A stretch of 32,000 nucleotides of DNA. It comes from Megasphaera elsdenii DSM 20460 (GTDB lineage Bacteria; Bacillota; Negativicutes; Veillonellales; Megasphaeraceae). Below the pieces are notes generated by a model. That model worked only from the letters and a program-made list of their open reading frames with translations, made no database searches and was not told the origin of the DNA. The position numbers were made by a program, and so were the translations under genes. Below, piece after piece: positions 1 to 8,651 of this stretch (position 1 is the first letter of the stretch; every line of letters starts with the position of its first letter). The stretch covers positions 330,001 to 362,000 of the forward strand of contig NZ_CP027570.1 of assembly GCF_003010495.1 (NCBI RefSeq), written 5' to 3'.

Positions 1-558
1 ATAGTCATTGGCAGCTACCATAAAGCCGAAAGTCCCGGCTGCTGGATCACAGAGGCGCTCTCCCGGTTTAGGATGTACCATTCGCACCATCATATTTATG
101 AGGGGACGCGGTGTAAAATACTGGCCGGCGCCAGACTTGGTTTCATTAGCATTTTTCTCCAGCAGCCCTTCATACAGGTTGCCCAGCCCTTCTTCTCTGG
201 CAGAAAACCAGTCGAGCTCATCAATATCCTTGATGATTTTTTCCAAGTTGGCCGGCTCATCAATACTGGTCGACGCATCCTTATAGATGGCATTGACTTT
301 AGGGTTAGGCGTCTTTTGGGCATTGCCCAGGTCCAGGAGCATCTGTTTGTAGAAAGTCTTGAGTTCCAGCCCTTCTTTCGCTTTGAGCTCATCCCAACGA
401 TATCGTTCCGGGATTCCTTCTTCCTGGCCCTGTTCCTTGCTCATCTTGAGGAACAAAATATACGTAAGTTCCGTCACATAATCCTGATAAGTAATGCCAT
501 CATCCCGAAGGACATTACATTCATTCCACAAACGTTGTACAATTTCCTGATTGGTCAT
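1..558 (-). CDS. hsdM: Type I restriction-modification DNA methyltransferase subunit M, N-terminal 186 aa; the 3' end runs off the window
   Basis: Hand translation of the minus strand from ATG at 558 gives MTNQEIVQRLWNECNVLRDDGITYQDYVTELTYILFLKM...KSGAGQYFTPRPLINMMVRMVHPKPGERLCDPAAGTFGFMVAAND. This contains the HsdM N-terminal domain, the GQYFTPR motif and the DPAxGTxGF AdoMet motif I. The frame is open to position 1. It is absent from the ORF track because it has no stop in the window. It starts 16 nt after the hsdR stop. Confidence 0.9.
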   Translation of the reverse strand, partial: MTNQEIVQRLWNECNVLRDDGITYQDYVTELTYILFLKMSKEQGQEEGIPERYRWDELKAKEGLELKTFYKQMLLDLGNAQKTPNPKVNAIYKDASTSIDEPANLEKIIKDIDELDWFSAREEGLGNLYEGLLEKNANETKSGAGQYFTPRPLINMMVRMVHPKPGERLCDPAAGTFGFMVAANDY

Positions 559-573
559 AATCTTCTCTTTCTA

Positions 574-3500
574 TTACGCAAATATGATATCATTAATGAC
601 ATCGACAATTTCATCTGTTTTATCTTTAAAAATCCGCTGCATCCCTTTATAGCCTCCCCGGCTGCGGAAGGCGTCGTTAGAATCGAAGGCGACTTGGGCA
701 TTAGGCCCTAAGACATTGTTCAGGAGCAGTTGTTTTTTAATTCGTTCCAACCATTTCATCTGCGTGGGTGTCCATTCTGCCAAGCCATAGACCTTGTTCA
801 TGGCGCGTTCTACCAGAGCGTCTTCAGACTCCAGCGGTGTCCCCAGTGCGGCTTGGCGGATAAAGCTGATAATATTAGCCGCTGTCGCTTCTTTATTCAC
901 TTGCCGCCATGCAGACTGCAAATCGCGTTCCCGGAACCCCTGTGTTTGAAGGATGGCATCAATTTGCTGTAACTCTTTCAAGGTCAAATCTCTCGGACGG
1001 TTCACGATGACGCCGATGCCCGCAATGGCATTGACGTTATGCTTGATGAAGGCGTTAAATTCTTCCAGATAATCGCCAGGGCCTTCCCCGGTTTTGCCAT
1101 AGCTCTGACGCACGTCGACCAGCATATCATCCTGATGGGAAATAAGGACCTTCCGGGAATCCCTGTGGAAAGCATCAATGAGCCAGATGGCCTGTCCTTC
1201 TTTTACCATGGCCTGCTGGTCGCTTTTTTCCAATAACCGGGTCCATTGAAAGAGGTCCTTGATACCTGTCGCCGTTTCCAGTGATTTTCGTTCTTTCTCA
1301 TTCAGGCGATGCAACTTGCGCTGCACTTTGGCAATCAGCTGATCCCGATACTCTTCAAAGTCCCCTTCCTTTTCAGCTTCCGTAACTAGCTGAAAGAGGT
1401 CTTCCATAGAACGATGGACGTTCTTTTCGTGAATGACGGAATTCATGTCAGTTACTTTTTCCATACTGGCGAATTGTCCGACGGCGTCATAGATATTGAA
1501 ATAGTCCATGCCTGGGAACAGGCGCGTAGCACGGCCCAGCATTTGTTCAAATAAGATACGGGACTTCACACGACGCATGAACACGAGGTTCATAATGGAC
1601 GGCACGTCAATGCCCGTCGTCAAAAGGTCTACGGTAACGACGATATTCGGGAATTCCTCATTTTTAAATTCCCGGATATGCTGTTCTTTGTGACGATCAT
1701 GGCCCGTAATTTTCATGATGGCATTCGCCGGTAAAGGCTTATCGGCTTTGGCAAAGGCTTCCTGCAGCAAGTATACTATCATGTCGGCATGAGAATCACG
1801 GGCGGCAAAGATAAGCGTCTTGCCGAGTTCGCGGTCCAGCGGGTCCAGCCGTTCTGCCAACGCCTGACAAACGACACGGTTGAAGGATTCGGTCACGACT
1901 TTCGTATTGAACGCATCGACATCGAAATCCATATCATCGGGCAGCTGATATTTTTTGATAGACGCATCGGACTCATGAAAGACTTCGACTTCTTCATCTT
2001 TATGAAAATGAATGCCTTCTTTTGAAAGTTCCGTCGTGATGACATAAGGAGCATTATGGTCCATCAAATAGCCATCAAGGACGGCCTGCCGGTAGGTATA
2101 ACTATAGACAGGGGTGCCAAAAATATTGACCGTATTCAAAGCCGGCGTCGCAGTCATCCCAATGGCTACGGCATCAAAGTAGTCGATGACACGGCGGTAT
2201 TGGCTGATATATTCACTGGGGTCGTAATGTTCCATTTCCTCATCGCTCATCTCGCGGTCTTCTAAATAGCCGCGGTGCGCTTCATCAACGATGATAAAAT
2301 CATACGTCCCCGGAGAAAGCTGGGGAAGCTCTTCTTCATTATGGAACAGCCGCTGTACCAACCCTTGTACGGTGGCGATGTGGATGCGGGTATGGGCTTC
2401 CGGATTTTTATCACCATATTCTTTGACACCATAAATACTGCTGATGGACTGGCCTTCTACCTTGTTATCTTTGAGGGCATCTGCCGTCTGCTGTGCCAGT
2501 GACTGCCGGTCTACAAGATATAAGATGCGGCGGGCCCGTTTATGCTTAATCAGCCGGTACATCAGGGCAATAGCTGTACGCGTCTTCCCGGTCCCCGTTG
2601 CCATAGCCAGCAGGATACGGTTCTTATGCTTGCCGATGGCCTCTTCAATTTTCTGGATAGCTAACTTTTGATAATAGCGTCCAGCAAAATCAGGATAGTA
2701 ATCGTCCTTTTGCAACGCCGAATCAGCATCCTCTTCGGGACGGGCCATTTCCTTCATCTTGATATCATCCGGCGTCAGCCAGCTTTCGAGAGGGCCATCG
2801 GGGTGATTTTGATTGCGCATATCCCGAAACCAGATACCTGACTGGCTTTTCATCTGAGATAAATAAGGCCGTCCATTGGCGCCGAATAAAAATGCGACGT
2901 TCTCCATCTGATATTTTTCCGAGTTCTTTAGGTACTTATAATAATCATAGGCTTGTCCCAACGCACTGGTGGCTACCGTTTCTCCATACCTTTTGGCTTC
3001 GACAATACCTACGGCGCGTTCACCGATAAAGAGGACATAATCAGCCCGTTCCCTTCTATGGGGCAGCTTCCACTCGGCAATCGCCATATTGTGTCCCTTT
3101 TGCGGAAGCGTCCCTTTCGTCCAGTTATTAAGGGTTGGCGTATCGGCTTCCCATCCCGCATCCCGAAGCTGCTGATCAATGATTTCCCGTGTCTGTGCTT
3201 CTGTTAACCTGTTTTGGGCTGCAAATTTTTTATTTTTACGTCGGCGTTCAGCACGCACACTTTCGGGTACCTTTACGGACTGCGTATGCTGGAGTTGTTC
3301 AATCTCAGCCGTCAACTCTTCAATTTTCTTTTGCTGATTGTCAACGACAGCCTGCTGATTTAGAGGCTTCTGATAAGGCTTTATTTCATCTTGGGTGAAC
3401 GTTTCCAGGAACCAGCACCACACAAAGAAGGCCCGCTGATCGACAGTGAGCGCCTCCTCAAGAGAGGGATGGAAATCAGCTTCATGAGCCGCCTTATTAC

Positions 3501-3768
3501 GCAAGCGGCGAATTTTGTCCAAAGCCACGGTCACGCTGTATGGATAATCATTGCCCGAAGCCTGCATCCGCAAAATGCGCTCATTCTGCTGTAAATTCCA
3601 ATCCTTCAGGCCATCTAAGCGAAAAATCAGTTTGGTTAACTGTTCAGCAAAGGAGCCAAAAATAGTCAAGCTGCTCTTGACATCCGAATACATCAAAAGC
3701 TCTGCGCTATCCGCTAATTTTGCCAGACTGGGATACTCCTTACTCTCAAAATTTGCCAATGTTACCAT
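574..3768 (-). CDS. hsdR: Type I restriction enzyme R subunit (SF2 DEAH helicase/nuclease) with an N-terminal DUF4145-like extension and an EcoEI-R-type C-terminal domain
   Basis: 1064 aa ORF. HSDR_N-like nuclease core (ADYVLFIGERAVGIVEAKR). Helicase motif I MATGTGKTRTAIAL, motif II IIVDEAHRG, motif III GMTATP, motif VI QMLGRATR. The C-terminal 150 aa (DYLEEFNAFIK...IISFIRQAALG...WTPTQMKWLERIK) resemble the EcoEI R C-terminal domain. The first ~130 aa (KIRRLRNKAAHE) resemble DUF4145 and are followed by a coiled-coil linker. Confidence 0.92.
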   Translation of the reverse strand: MVTLANFESKEYPSLAKLADSAELLMYSDVKSSLTIFGSFAEQLTKLIFRLDGLKDWNLQQNERILRMQASGNDYPYSVTVALDKIRRLRNKAAHEADFHPSLEEALTVDQRAFFVWCWFLETFTQDEIKPYQKPLNQQAVVDNQQKKIEELTAEIEQLQHTQSVKVPESVRAERRRKNKKFAAQNRLTEAQTREIIDQQLRDAGWEADTPTLNNWTKGTLPQKGHNMAIAEWKLPHRRERADYVLFIGERAVGIVEAKRYGETVATSALGQAYDYYKYLKNSEKYQMENVAFLFGANGRPYLSQMKSQSGIWFRDMRNQNHPDGPLESWLTPDDIKMKEMARPEEDADSALQKDDYYPDFAGRYYQKLAIQKIEEAIGKHKNRILLAMATGTGKTRTAIALMYRLIKHKRARRILYLVDRQSLAQQTADALKDNKVEGQSISSIYGVKEYGDKNPEAHTRIHIATVQGLVQRLFHNEEELPQLSPGTYDFIIVDEAHRGYLEDREMSDEEMEHYDPSEYISQYRRVIDYFDAVAIGMTATPALNTVNIFGTPVYSYTYRQAVLDGYLMDHNAPYVITTELSKEGIHFHKDEEVEVFHESDASIKKYQLPDDMDFDVDAFNTKVVTESFNRVVCQALAERLDPLDRELGKTLIFAARDSHADMIVYLLQEAFAKADKPLPANAIMKITGHDRHKEQHIREFKNEEFPNIVVTVDLLTTGIDVPSIMNLVFMRRVKSRILFEQMLGRATRLFPGMDYFNIYDAVGQFASMEKVTDMNSVIHEKNVHRSMEDLFQLVTEAEKEGDFEEYRDQLIAKVQRKLHRLNEKERKSLETATGIKDLFQWTRLLEKSDQQAMVKEGQAIWLIDAFHRDSRKVLISHQDDMLVDVRQSYGKTGEGPGDYLEEFNAFIKHNVNAIAGIGVIVNRPRDLTLKELQQIDAILQTQGFRERDLQSAWRQVNKEATAANIISFIRQAALGTPLESEDALVERAMNKVYGLAEWTPTQMKWLERIKKQLLLNNVLGPNAQVAFDSNDAFRSRGGYKGMQRIFKDKTDEIVDVINDIIFA

Positions 3769-3883
3769 CCCTTTGTGTTGCTTTTTTTATATTTTATCAT
3801 ACGAAGTTATCGGGCTTCAAGTAAGGTCGGGAAGCTAGCCGCAAATCATACGCCGTTCGCAGAGCGCAGGCGGCCGATTGAAA

Positions 3884-3977
3884 AAAAAAATAACCACACG
3901 GCTCATGAACCGCGTGGTTATCGTATTCTTTATGGTGGAGATAAGGAGGATCGAACTCCTGACCTCTTGCATGCCAT
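3884..3977 (-). repeat. Copy A of a tRNA-Ala-derived repeat: 3' 45 nt of tRNA-Ala (3933-3977) plus its downstream hairpin terminator (3884-3932)
   Basis: The reverse complement reads ATGGCATGCAAGAGGTCAGGAGTTCGATCCTCCTTATCTCCACCATAAAGAATACGATAACCACGCGGTTCATGAGCCGTGTGGTTATTTTTT. This matches 15711-15803 (anticodon loop to CCA of the intact tRNA-Ala, plus terminator) with one C-to-T change in the hairpin. The 5' half of the tRNA is absent. Confidence 0.9.
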
Positions 3978-4084
3978 CTCCAAATTCCCGGAAAATAAGC
4001 TCAATCAGCCTTATATATATCATTTAAATAGTACAAACAGTCCCATATGTCCAATGAGAAAAATACTTCTGGTAGTAATTGCTA

Positions 4085-4126
4085 TACAAAAGCTAACCTA
4101 CGATAGCCAACAATATCGTAGGTTAG
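4085..4126 (-). terminator. Rho-independent terminator closing the toxin/immunity array
   Basis: A 13-bp perfect stem, CTAACCTACGATA (4093-4105) with TATCGTAGGTTAG (4114-4126). On the minus-strand RNA it is followed by CUUUUGUA. It lies 28 nt after the stop of the 4154-4687 ORF. Confidence 0.6.
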
Positions 4127-4153
4127 AAATTAAAGAAATGGAGCATCTAATAT

Positions 4154-4687
4154 TTACACGTCGCTAGCTAACGTATGTTTCGAGGCTTCTCCTTTTCCAT
4201 TGCGCAGGGCTATTTGCAGGGTGTACGTAGGATAGCTGACGCCACCTTCTACTTGTTTTGGCTCCAATACAATCCCATCGACCTTATAGCCATCGACAGC
4301 ATCGTTGCCCTCATAAAGCATCTTGAAACGGAGTTCATAAGTACCGGATGGCAGATTTTCCATTTTAAAACTTCCGTGTTCACAAATCGTGAAAGCACGG
4401 ATTGGATGAGCATCCTCGCCGGTTGTCCAAAGGCGTGCGTACACGGGGTTTTCATTATTACTATTATCAATAACGAGTGCATGATACCCGTCATCATCTT
4501 CTACTGGCTGATTCGGTACATAAGCACTGACGACGCCTTCTTTCGGCTTTCCCTTAATGGTTTGAACGACCTTCGTCTTTTCAGCAGGCTGCCGGTATTC
4601 AGCAATCAAAGCTTTCACATGCGGATAAAGTAAAGCAACAACTCCAACCGCAACGAGAATAGCTACCAAATGCATTGATTTTTTCAT
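4154..4687 (-). CDS. Hypothetical membrane-anchored protein: N-terminal TM/signal anchor plus a beta-rich domain. It is the last gene of the toxin array.
   Basis: The ORF track gives 4154-4732. The start was moved to ATG 4687 (MKKSMHLVAILVAVGVVALL...) because GAAGGT lies 8 nt upstream. It has one hydrophobic helix. The soluble domain includes FKMENLPSGTYELRFKM, which resembles CarboxypepD_reg/PEGA-type beta-sandwich motifs. No confident family match. Confidence 0.6.
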   Translation of the reverse strand: MKKSMHLVAILVAVGVVALLYPHVKALIAEYRQPAEKTKVVQTIKGKPKEGVVSAYVPNQPVEDDDGYHALVIDNSNNENPVYARLWTTGEDAHPIRAFTICEHGSFKMENLPSGTYELRFKMLYEGNDAVDGYKVDGIVLEPKQVEGGVSYPTYTLQIALRNGKGEASKHTLASDV

Positions 4688-4704
4688 CTCTACTACCTTC
4701 TCAA

Positions 4705-5115
4705 CTAATAAAGCATTTTGTATATAATCCATATAATTATTGAAGCTAAAACCATCACAATGCTAGACATAACAACAAAATGTCCCATAACTTTAAAGGG
4801 AAATAAAGTTTCTTTATACACTTTTTCATCATTTTGTTGTCTCGCATATATGAGTTTTCCCAGCGCTTTGATTAATAGCCCTAAAATATACAAGACTATC
4901 GAATAATTAAAAGCACTATCAGCCTTTAAGAAGATTACCATGCTGATTAATGCAATCCCTGTGATACCAAAACTCGATGAATATAATATAAAAGGTATCG
5001 TTCTTCGTCGATAGATGTTAAATCGAGAAAGATGAATGCTTTGAGCATATATAATCAAAAAGCAACCAAAAATCAAAATATTATTCGAAGAATGACTGGC
5101 CAGCATAAGCATCAC
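4705..5115 (-). CDS. Small multi-pass (about 4 TM) membrane protein, candidate cognate immunity protein for toxin cassette 1
   Basis: 136 aa, very AT-rich. It starts inside or overlapping the toxin stop (GTGATG overlaps TGA at 5112-5115). An alternative ATG at 5106 lies 9 nt after GAGGAA. Hydrophobic segments include ILIFGCFLIIY, GITGIALISMVIFL, IVLYILGLLIKAL and HFVVMSSIVMVLASIIIWII. Its position directly 3' of a toxin C-terminal domain is the canonical immunity position. Confidence 0.6.
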   Translation of the reverse strand: MMLMLASHSSNNILIFGCFLIIYAQSIHLSRFNIYRRRTIPFILYSSSFGITGIALISMVIFLKADSAFNYSIVLYILGLLIKALGKLIYARQQNDEKVYKETLFPFKVMGHFVVMSSIVMVLASIIIWIIYKMLY

Positions 5116-8100
5116 TTCCTCTTTTTTAGATTTTTTAAGTTATCATTTTTAATGCTATCTAAAATTCTAGAAATCATTACTTTTCCCAATATAGTATTAA
5201 CTAATGGGTCGTATCCTAATCTACCAGCAAAGTATCCAATATAGGCTCCTCCTGCCGTAGGTAAAAAAACATCTGATACAGCAAAAATATGTCCATAAGG
5301 AACGATATAATTTTGCACATCTTCTCGTGCTGTATAAAAATCATCTAGCGTCCCCAACGGCTTCAAATCTTTGCCAACTGCTTTAAGGACTGTATCATCA
5401 CCGGTACTAAGCACATTTTCTTTCAGGACATCTGCGGAATATCGGGTCATTGCATTGTCCGGAACCGGTACTTTTCGTTGAACTGGTTGTGAAAGAGCAA
5501 TGCCACTTCCAATCAAAGCTAAATCAGCATCATTGGGCTTTTTAGGGGCTGGAGGTATTGCCGTAAATCCATCATCGCTTACTTGCATAGCTGCTGGCGG
5601 CAGCGAAGAAGGAATAATTTTGTCTTTATGTTCATTTACAAAAGACACAGGTATAGGAGCTTCCATTTTTGTATCAACATACATTTTTCTGGGTGCGGAA
5701 TAAACAATATCCGCTCCATCAAGTACCGATTCTTCGCCATAAGTGACATCTAACAACTGTGCTGTTTCGTTTTGTGGATTCGATAATTCAATATTTCCAA
5801 ATTTATTATGGATTCTATCATAAGGCAATTCTTTCCAATCATCCTCTCCATCAGCAGTCTGATAATAACCGCTATAAAGATTACCGGTATCAATGCCAGT
5901 TAAAAATCTGCGATGTAGTTGATCATATCCGCCATCATCAGAATATAGATGCCCGTCAATTTGATATTTTCCTGTAACTATATTGCTCCCATCACTACCC
6001 ATTTTATGAATAGAGCCATCTTCAGCCACTACCTCTTGGTATGTTACCGGAGGATCAATAGGGACTGATTCTGGTGAAGTGGAAACTGATTCCGATGTAT
6101 CGCTGTCATCATAATTATCAATATTATCGTCTGATGATGAGCCACTATTGGGATAATTATTTTCTACATTTAACACACTTTCATAGTTCCAATCATTTGC
6201 ATCCGTATTATAAGAAACGTCGCCGCCAGCTTCTTGTGTACCACCCAGGATGAGGGCACCTGCTACACCTATGCTGCCTACCGTTGCTCCTGCGATTTCT
6301 CCTGCGCCATCCTCTAAAAGAAGCGCGGCAGCATAAACCTCAGCAGCAAGTTCATCATTCCATTTCGTTCCATACTGTGCTGTAGCTCCGCCTGTCTGGA
6401 TATTCTTGCCGGCAGCCGCATTGACAGTAGCACCCAAAGTTGCGCTGATCCATTGGGCTTTAGCCGGGTCATTTCCTGCCCATTCTTTAATCTTATTAAT
6501 GAGCAGTTCATTCGTCATGCCCGCGGCAAAGCCACTGCCGGCCTTATTTCCAGCAATCCGGCTCGTGATTTCGGCTACAAGGCCATGAGCCAGGGCTTTA
6601 TCGAATTTGCCATCGCGGTCATAGTAATGGAGCAGTTCATCTGCATTTTTCGCAAAGAGCCGGGCCAGTTCCTGCCGTTCTTCTACTTTCTGCTTATCAA
6701 AGATGTGGTCCAGCGTCTGTAGGGCATGGGCTGTATCACGGTTGATCTTCGTCACATCCGTGACTCCTTGGGTGACTTGAATCGTCCCCTGGGAAATGGC
6801 TGACCGGGTGACTGAATGAGCATCTTTAGTGGTGCCTGGCAAAATATCCGGTGTGAGGCCGGTTTCATTGAAATGCTGGTTGCGTTCCTGGTCTGACGCA
6901 TAGTGGTTATAAGCCACACCGGTATTTTTTACGTCATAAGCGGCCTTATTCTGGATATCTTCCAGGTGCAGGGTGCCGGTCGTCAGGTGATTACGGTTGG
7001 CATCGGCCGTGCTGGCGATGACAGCCCCTTTGAGTTGGGTATCCTTGTTCACATCCACATCATACCCCTGGTCACCGGCATAGATACCGGCCTGTTCGGT
7101 CACGCTGGCGTAATCACTGGTCGTCTTCCCACGGCTGTACGAAGCGTTTCCACTTTTCGCCCCCGTCCCAGTATAGGTGAAATGCGTAGCATGGGTCCCT
7201 TGTGGCAAGAAATTTTCCTGGACGTCAATAGAGGGGGAATAAGCTACGCTAATTCCAGTCGACGAACGATTACCCCGGTAGGTCTCTGAATCCTGTACAC
7301 TTTCGATGTGCAGATTTCCGCCCGTCTTTACGGTCACAGACTGTCCCTGGAGCTGGGAACCGACGAGGGTTGTATCCTTTCCAGAACTCGTCATCAGGCG
7401 GTCTTGTGCCGTGACGTGGCTGCCCGTATGGGTGACGCGCGTCGTCGTCCCTTGGTCTTTCATCTTGCCATACGATGCGTCGATACTGGTCAGGCCGCCA
7501 TGGAAGGACGCTCCGATGGAAGCGCCATGACTCTGATAACTGTCACGGATGGTTTCTTCATTCGTACCGGCCTGGAGGCGGACGGCTCCGCTGGCCGTGA
7601 GGGATACATTCTTCCCTTGAATAGATTCGCCAACCGCCGTCAGATTTCCTTTATTTTTCGGTGAACTTTCAGCCCGGACCGTCACGTCGCCGGCACTCAT
7701 CATCCGGCCGCCGACATAGGTCTGCTGATTCACTTCTGATTCCTGTTTAAAGGAACTGGAGCCAATCCCGACATGCAGGCCAACTGACGTCACATCGGCA
7801 GGCGATTTGCCTTTCAGGTCCTTCCGGAGGTTCCGGCCGGCTTCTACCAGTTCCAAGCCCTGCAAGGTCTTATTGTCCCGCGACTGGGCCGTGCGGACGG
7901 CACCGCGGAAGGTTTCACCCGCCGAAATGGCCGAATTACTCAGACTGAGGCTCAGGCCCGACCGGGATTCTTCATGGGTCCGTTTTTCGTGGGCTTCATT
8001 CGTCGCCCCATCGACGAGCACTTCCTGTCCCGTCAAGGTCACGCCCTGCTGGCCGAAGACATCGGCTGTCGTCAAATGGGCCGTATCGCCCGCAGCCAGG

Positions 8101-8225
8101 GTCAGGCTGCCGCCTGTCGATGCCAGGGTACTGCCGACCTGGGTTTTCCATTCTCCTTCATAATTATCCTTTGTCTGCTGGGTCCCGATGAGGACGCCCA
8201 ATCCGGCACCGAGAACGCCGGACAA
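5112..8225 (-). CDS. 5'-truncated CdiA/FhaB-family polymorphic toxin cassette 1: haemagglutinin (FHA-2) repeat core, pre-toxin region and a unique 414-aa C-terminal domain
   Basis: 1037 aa ORF called from TTG. The frame is actually open to 8276, and core-like GC-rich sequence begins about 8258, right at the stop of the upstream gene. Repeat-rich sequence is typical of TPS exoproteins (GDVTVRAES...GNLTAVGESIQGKNVSLTASGAVRLQAG...VTVKTGGNLHIESVQDSETYRGNRSSTGISVAY). There is no signal peptide, no TPS domain and no RBS. Sequence after ...AQYGTKWN (6357-6365) is unrelated to cassette 2. Confidence 0.8.
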   Translation of the reverse strand: MSGVLGAGLGVLIGTQQTKDNYEGEWKTQVGSTLASTGGSLTLAAGDTAHLTTADVFGQQGVTLTGQEVLVDGATNEAHEKRTHEESRSGLSLSLSNSAISAGETFRGAVRTAQSRDNKTLQGLELVEAGRNLRKDLKGKSPADVTSVGLHVGIGSSSFKQESEVNQQTYVGGRMMSAGDVTVRAESSPKNKGNLTAVGESIQGKNVSLTASGAVRLQAGTNEETIRDSYQSHGASIGASFHGGLTSIDASYGKMKDQGTTTRVTHTGSHVTAQDRLMTSSGKDTTLVGSQLQGQSVTVKTGGNLHIESVQDSETYRGNRSSTGISVAYSPSIDVQENFLPQGTHATHFTYTGTGAKSGNASYSRGKTTSDYASVTEQAGIYAGDQGYDVDVNKDTQLKGAVIASTADANRNHLTTGTLHLEDIQNKAAYDVKNTGVAYNHYASDQERNQHFNETGLTPDILPGTTKDAHSVTRSAISQGTIQVTQGVTDVTKINRDTAHALQTLDHIFDKQKVEERQELARLFAKNADELLHYYDRDGKFDKALAHGLVAEITSRIAGNKAGSGFAAGMTNELLINKIKEWAGNDPAKAQWISATLGATVNAAAGKNIQTGGATAQYGTKWNDELAAEVYAAALLLEDGAGEIAGATVGSIGVAGALILGGTQEAGGDVSYNTDANDWNYESVLNVENNYPNSGSSSDDNIDNYDDSDTSESVSTSPESVPIDPPVTYQEVVAEDGSIHKMGSDGSNIVTGKYQIDGHLYSDDGGYDQLHRRFLTGIDTGNLYSGYYQTADGEDDWKELPYDRIHNKFGNIELSNPQNETAQLLDVTYGEESVLDGADIVYSAPRKMYVDTKMEAPIPVSFVNEHKDKIIPSSLPPAAMQVSDDGFTAIPPAPKKPNDADLALIGSGIALSQPVQRKVPVPDNAMTRYSADVLKENVLSTGDDTVLKAVGKDLKPLGTLDDFYTAREDVQNYIVPYGHIFAVSDVFLPTAGGAYIGYFAGRLGYDPLVNTILGKVMISRILDSIKNDNLKNLKKRK
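6357..7913 (-). repeat. 1.56 kb near-identical direct repeat, copy 1 (shared toxin core)
   Basis: It aligns base for base with 9375-10931 at a constant offset of 3018 bp. Only scattered substitutions were seen, about a dozen amino-acid differences across about 516 codons by eye. The boundaries are sharp at both ends. Confidence 0.9.
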
Positions 8226-8262
8226 CTTGACCTCGGTATAGGCCGTCGCCGCTAGTGCAAGA

Positions 8263-8637
8263 TTATGTCTTGTTATCTACACTCGGTCTAGTAATCCAAT
8301 AAATAATCAATAATATTCCCAATACAGGCATAAATATTGCAAACATCCAATAACCACTTTTGTTTACATCATGCAATCTTTTTACACTAATAACTATTAC
8401 CAACCAAGAAAAGAGAAATTGATATAAAATTAAAAATAAAGATATAAAAATCGAAATAAACAAATCATCCAAAAGGTTGGCAAAATGTAACGACAATAGA
8501 ATGGCACTTAAAATAACTACACCCAAAAAGTAAACAATATTAATATGCAAAAAACGTCTCCGATATTCTAATAAATTGATGTTTCCTTGAAAAGAAAAAT
8601 ACTTTTTCCATATCTCTTTATATTTTTTGGGGAGCAT
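8263..8637 (-). CDS. DUF805-family inner-membrane protein, candidate immunity protein for toxin cassette 2
   Basis: 124 aa, AT-rich. GGAGG lies 8 nt upstream of ATG 8637, 14 nt after the toxin 2 stop. It has 3-4 hydrophobic helices and the DUF805 signature KRLHDVNKSGYWMFAIFMPVLGILLIIYWITRPS (compare RRLHDxxxSGWW). Confidence 0.7.
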   Translation of the reverse strand: MLPKKYKEIWKKYFSFQGNINLLEYRRRFLHINIVYFLGVVILSAILLSLHFANLLDDLFISIFISLFLILYQFLFSWLVIVISVKRLHDVNKSGYWMFAIFMPVLGILLIIYWITRPSVDNKT

Positions 8638-8651
8638 ACTTATACCTCCAT

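Noticed and set aside
73-711. 212-aa plus-strand ORF at the left edge
   Set aside because: It is antisense to the clearly recognisable hsdM N-terminus and the hsdR C-terminus, and has no motifs.
3798-3810. CATACGAAGTTAT, a 12/13 match to a loxP arm
   Set aside because: It is a single arm only. There is no inverted partner or 8-bp spacer nearby, so it is most likely chance.
3775-4167. 130-aa plus-strand ORF and 62-aa minus-strand ORF in the hsdR-to-array spacer
   Set aside because: They run through the tRNA-Ala fragment, its terminator hairpin and another terminator. They have no RBS and the composition is intergenic.
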